From: Bacilli bacterium
GTDB taxonomy: Bacteria; Bacillota_I; Bacilli_A; RFN20; CAG-826
DNA: 64,000 nt
Reading direction: 5' to 3'
Assembly (NCBI GenBank): GCA_024408075.1
Contig: JAKSVK010000001.1
Location: 17,273 to 81,272, forward strand
Shown here: piece after piece, positions 58,834 to 64,000 of the stretch
Position numbering within the stretch: position 1 is the first letter of the stretch
Layout: every line of letters starts with the position of its first letter
Made by a program: the position numbers and the translations under genes
Notes under the pieces: generated by a model
The model's input: the letters and a program-made list of their open reading frames with translations, nothing else
The model's database searches: none
What the model was told of the DNA's origin: nothing

Positions 58834-60045
58834 TCACATATAGATTTTATTTGCATCAGGAGTTTCAAGATAATTATTTAGTTTTAATTTGATAAAATCA
58901 AATTCATCCTTTTGAGTCGCGTAGTCAAACACCCCATTAAATATGTTAATTAAGAAGAGGGAAATGCATAAATTAAATAAAACATAAGTAATATTTTGTA
59001 TGCCTGTAAATTTCATCATTAAATAGGAAAAAACGATTAAAATTCCAATTTCACAATATTTAAATAAAACTCGATTCAGCGCTACTTTATTTGCTTTTTC
59101 GCTTGTTTTTCTAGCAAAAAATTGGAATTGGTAATCATTTTCTGAAGCGTAAATTTTACTCTCGTCTTCCATAATCTCACTTGCCTTATCTTTGAAAGTT
59201 GGCTTGATAACAAAAGATTCAATTAATGACAATGCAAATGAAGCTACTATAAAAGTTAAATTCCAGAAATTGTTTAACCCTAAAACTACGATAATAAAAA
59301 CAGAAATCATTAATCCGTAAGCTAAATTTGGAAGGGTTGTTAAAACATTGTAACGATATTTTTGAATTGTTTCGTATACAGGTGCATATCCTTCTGTTGG
59401 TTTAACTATTTTCATCTTATAAATTTCATCATCAATATGATTTAAAGCTGTTATTAAATAACGACGAAAAATAAGCTCAAAAATAGCGAATAATCCAAAA
59501 CAAATTAAAGATACATATAACGGCTTTTTACCATCTAAAAAGTAAGTACCAATAAGTAAAGATAATCCTGATACAACCTGAAAAAACAGCAAAATTCGCT
59601 TATCCTTTTTAATCGGTTCAATAATCATGGTTTGTTTGCATCTCTTTTTCATTAGATTATCTGTTGTAATTAAGGCTAGTCTTGTCCATCTTAAAACAAA
59701 ATCAGATATTGGCACTTTTCTTTTGCCAAAACAAGGATCAAAGTAATATACATATTTTTTGTTCACTTTTAAAAGAAGTGCCGCGTGATTAACCCGTTTT
59801 TCTCCTTTTAAAAGAACAACAATCGGCCATTTATGGTTTTTAAGTAATTCATTAGTGTCAGTTATCCTAACACCAACTAGTTCCATATTTTCCTTCTTCG
59901 CGTAAGCAATAAGTTCCTTAAAATTATATGGACGATCTTCATGTTTAAGATAAAGGTAATTTTTGTCTTTGTGATAATTGGCAAGCATCATGGATAAACA
60001 TGTAAAAGCACAATCATTCTTGCCATATTGAGATATAAGATACAT
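58834..60045 (-). CDS. Orphan peptidase-C39-like domain fused to a 6-TM ABC-exporter-type membrane domain, no nucleotide-binding domain
   Basis: RBS AAGGAGG; N-terminal QYGKNDCAFTCLSMML… (Gln/Cys), …VNHAALLLKV… (His), …YFDPCFG… (Asp) matches C39 catalytic layout; then 6 predicted TM helices in 2+2+2 pattern; protein ends about 20 aa after TM6. Confidence 0.55.
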   Translation of the reverse strand: MYLISQYGKNDCAFTCLSMMLANYHKDKNYLYLKHEDRPYNFKELIAYAKKENMELVGVRITDTNELLKNHKWPIVVLLKGEKRVNHAALLLKVNKKYVYYFDPCFGKRKVPISDFVLRWTRLALITTDNLMKKRCKQTMIIEPIKKDKRILLFFQVVSGLSLLIGTYFLDGKKPLYVSLICFGLFAIFELIFRRYLITALNHIDDEIYKMKIVKPTEGYAPVYETIQKYRYNVLTTLPNLAYGLMISVFIIVVLGLNNFWNLTFIVASFALSLIESFVIKPTFKDKASEIMEDESKIYASENDYQFQFFARKTSEKANKVALNRVLFKYCEIGILIVFSYLMMKFTGIQNITYVLFNLCISLFLINIFNGVFDYATQKDEFDFIKLKLNNYLETPDANKIYM

Positions 60046-60120
60046 AGACCTCCTTTTCTGTAGATCCCCTACACTTATTAATAGGGGTAAAAAGTCGGAA
60101 AATGTGTAAATTATTTTTTA

Positions 60121-60146
60121 GTAAAAGAAAAGACCCTTAAGGGTCT
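60121..60146 (-). terminator. Rho-independent terminator after dnaJ (perfect palindrome AGACCCTTAAGGGTCT + U-run on minus strand)
   Basis: Seen in sequence; separates dnaJ from the C39-like gene. Confidence 0.55.
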
Positions 60147-61279
60147 TATTTTTTGAAAACTTTTTTAAACTTTGCAAATGCTGTGTCTTTTTCATCCAGT
60201 GCATTTTTGTAAGATTCAAGAGCTTCTCTTTGTTTCCTATTTAGCGAAGTAGGAATTCTAACATTTAGGTGAATATATTGATCGCCAGGCTTTTGAGTTC
60301 TGAGATCATTAATTCCTTTGCCTTTCATTCTAAGTACTTGTCCACTTTGTGTTCCGGCAGGAATTGTGACAAGCACATCTCCATAAGGAGTAGGAACTTC
60401 AATTTTATTTCCAAGTGCTGCATCGATAAAATCAATTGGAACTTCTAAATGGATATCATTATGCTCTCTTTTGAAATATGGATGTGGTTTAACTGCGATT
60501 TCAACATATAAATCGCCATACGGACCTCCATTAAGTCCAGGTTCGCCCATTCCTTGAAGACGAATTTGTTGTCCTTCATTAATTCCAGCAGGAATATGAA
60601 TTTTCATTGTCTTTTTGCTATTGATATGTCCTGAACCATTACATGATGAACATTTTTTAGATATAATCTTACCTTTTCCACCACATTCAGGACAGACAGC
60701 TTCGTTTTCCATGACACCAAAAAGGGTTCTTTGTTGTCTTCTAACGGTTCCTCTTCCTCCACAAGTTGGACAAACTCTAATATCGCTTGGTGAATCAGCA
60801 CCGCTGCCATGACAGTGTGGGCATTCACCTTGATAGTCAAAGGAGATTTCAGTGTCTTTTCCAAGGACTACATCCATGAAATCGACTTTAAGTCGCATTA
60901 AGCGATCGTCTCCTCTTTGAGGTCCGCCAGTATTTCTACTTCTACGTTGACCTCCACCAAAGAAGGAAGAGAAAATATCGCCTAAATTGATATCGTCACC
61001 AAATCCACCAAATCCTCCGCCTTGGAATGGATTACCTCCACCAGCTCCACCACCAGTTTGTTCGAAGGCTGCATGACCAAATTGATCATAAGTACTACGT
61101 TTATTATCGTCGTAAAGCACATCATATGCTTCTTGAACTTCTTTAAACTTTGTTTCGTCACCAGTTTCTTTATTATCAGGATGGTATTTTTTGGCTAATT
61201 TACGATAACTTGATTTAATATCATCTTTAGATGCACTTTTATTAACACCCAAAACTTCATAGTAATCTCTTTTTGCCAT
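60146..61279 (-). CDS. dnaJ: Chaperone DnaJ
   Basis: J domain with HPD (KKYHPDNK), G/F region, four CxxCxGxG zinc-finger repeats. Confidence 0.95.
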   Translation of the reverse strand: MAKRDYYEVLGVNKSASKDDIKSSYRKLAKKYHPDNKETGDETKFKEVQEAYDVLYDDNKRSTYDQFGHAAFEQTGGGAGGGNPFQGGGFGGFGDDINLGDIFSSFFGGGQRRSRNTGGPQRGDDRLMRLKVDFMDVVLGKDTEISFDYQGECPHCHGSGADSPSDIRVCPTCGGRGTVRRQQRTLFGVMENEAVCPECGGKGKIISKKCSSCNGSGHINSKKTMKIHIPAGINEGQQIRLQGMGEPGLNGGPYGDLYVEIAVKPHPYFKREHNDIHLEVPIDFIDAALGNKIEVPTPYGDVLVTIPAGTQSGQVLRMKGKGINDLRTQKPGDQYIHLNVRIPTSLNRKQREALESYKNALDEKDTAFAKFKKVFKK

Positions 61280-61298
61280 AATTTCCCTTTCTTATATG

Positions 61299-61325
61299 CC
61301 GAAAGGGGCAAATAGCCCCATTCGG
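61299..61325 (-). promoter_or_regulatory. Intercistronic GC-rich hairpin between dnaK and dnaJ (CCGAAAGGGGC-aaata-GCCCCATTCGG)
   Basis: 11-bp stem with one mismatch in an otherwise AT-rich spacer; no U-run, so likely mRNA-processing/stability element rather than terminator. Confidence 0.4.
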
Positions 61326-61344
61326 ATAAACAATTAATATTTAA

Positions 61345-63180
<1,836 letters not shown>

Positions 63181-63188
63181 TTATCCTC

Positions 63189-63740
63189 CTAAGCATTTTC
63201 TTTGTTATTTTCTTCTTCTTTTTTAAGTACACTGACTTGAACATTTGCTGGTCTAACAATTCTGTTATGGAGCTTATATCCTTTCGCGTATACTTCTGTA
63301 ATGAGGTTTTCTTTTTCACCCTCCACTGTATCAACAGCACTCATTGTTGTAGGATCGAAGAGTTTTCCTACTTCTGGAGAGATCTCACTTACTCCTTCAG
63401 CTTCTAATGCACTGACTAAGTTTTTATAGATGTATTGGAATCCGATTAAGTAATTTTTAAGAGCAGGATCACTAGGCTCTTTAGCTAGTGCCATATGGAA
63501 GCTATCTAGTACTGGAAGCAAAGCTTCAATAAATCCTTCGCTTCGATACTTAAGAGCTTCTAGATGGTCTTTTTCTAAGTTATTTCTTAAGTTTTTAGTG
63601 TCCGCATAGGCACGATAATATTCATTTTTCCAATGCTCCATATCGGCCTTTAGTTTTGCGTTTTCTTCAAGAAGTTTGTCCAACTTTTTACTTTCCTTCT
63701 TTGAAAGTTCAACTTTTTCTTCTTTATTAGGCTTCTCCAC
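63189..63740 (-). CDS. grpE: Nucleotide exchange factor GrpE
   Basis: Coiled-coil then β-domain; likely GTG start (VEKPNKEE…) 8 nt after AAGGAGG, overlapping hrcA stop; track ORF starts further up at TTG 63797. Confidence 0.8.
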   Translation of the reverse strand: MEKPNKEEKVELSKKESKKLDKLLEENAKLKADMEHWKNEYYRAYADTKNLRNNLEKDHLEALKYRSEGFIEALLPVLDSFHMALAKEPSDPALKNYLIGFQYIYKNLVSALEAEGVSEISPEVGKLFDPTTMSAVDTVEGEKENLITEVYAKGYKLHNRIVRPANVQVSVLKKEEENNKENA

Positions 63741-64000
63741 TATTATTACCTCCTTGATCATTGAAATGTTTTTCAAGCTCATTAACGAGATATTCAATCG
63801 CGTTTATAGCTTTGTCGTAATCCATACGTTTTGGTCCAATTAGGGAAATGGTATTTTCTCCACCTTCACCTAGCTTGACTTTCGCGGTAACGACCGAAAT
63901 GTCTGGATTTTCTTCTATCTCGCCAATTTTAACGAGTAGATTTTCTTTTTCTTTGTTGATTTCTGAATCAACGCTTTTGAATAATGATGCGTTATCAAGT
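63727..64000 (-). CDS. hrcA: Heat-inducible transcription repressor HrcA, C-terminal part (gene continues beyond window)
   Basis: Minus-strand translation …ISLIGPKRMDYDKAINAIEYLVNELEKHFNDQGG… in the frame +1 to grpE; hrcA-grpE-dnaK-dnaJ order. Confidence 0.75.
   Translation of the reverse strand, partial: LDNASLFKSVDSEINKEKENLLVKIGEIEENPDISVVTAKVKLGEGGENTISLIGPKRMDYDKAINAIEYLVNELEKHFNDQGGNNSGEA

Overview
This is a 64 kb, AT-rich (about 30% GC), very gene-dense chromosomal segment from a Firmicutes or Mollicutes-like bacterium that uses the standard genetic code. Long housekeeping genes (valS, lon, secDF) read through with TGA as stop, and gene order follows Bacillus-type synteny blocks. I call about 70 CDS. 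They fall into these blocks: lemA-rarA, then tig-lon-engB-(T-box)-valS-radC, then rplU-prp-rpmA-obg-nadE-ruvAB-secDF-recJ-relA-hisS-aspS. Next come tkt, nusB-xseAB-dxs-xerD-deoB, and the yqeG-yqeH-yhbY-nadD/yqeK operon. After that come parE-parC, plsY, yneF-efp, rpmG, ispG, nfo and ispH. A long minus-strand block follows: nif3-trmK-sigA-dnaG-glyQS-recO-era-cdd-ybeY-(X)-dnaJ-dnaK-grpE-hrcA(partial). I saw no rRNA, tRNA, CRISPR array, IS element or phage genes.

The non-housekeeping content is small and discrete:
- a BrnT/BrnA toxin-antitoxin cassette with its own promoter and terminator;
- a 60-aa hydrophobic peptide with a double-glycine-like leader, sitting behind a GC-rich structured leader and translationally coupled to radC;
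- an ABC substrate-binding lipoprotein plus permease pair without an ATPase, divergent from a Crp/Fnr regulator, with a TGTGA-N6-TCACG box between them;
- an orphan C39-peptidase plus 6-TM 'half ABC exporter' with no nucleotide-binding domain, wedged between dnaJ and ybeY;
- a histidyl-tRNA synthetase with a Cys/His-rich C-terminal tail.

One real gene, rpmG (ribosomal protein L33, 54 aa), is absent from the ORF track because it is below 60 aa. Several track ORFs start at TTG and have better ATG or GTG starts with Shine-Dalgarno sequences a few codons in. All calls are from reading the sequence and translations only; no database search was run.
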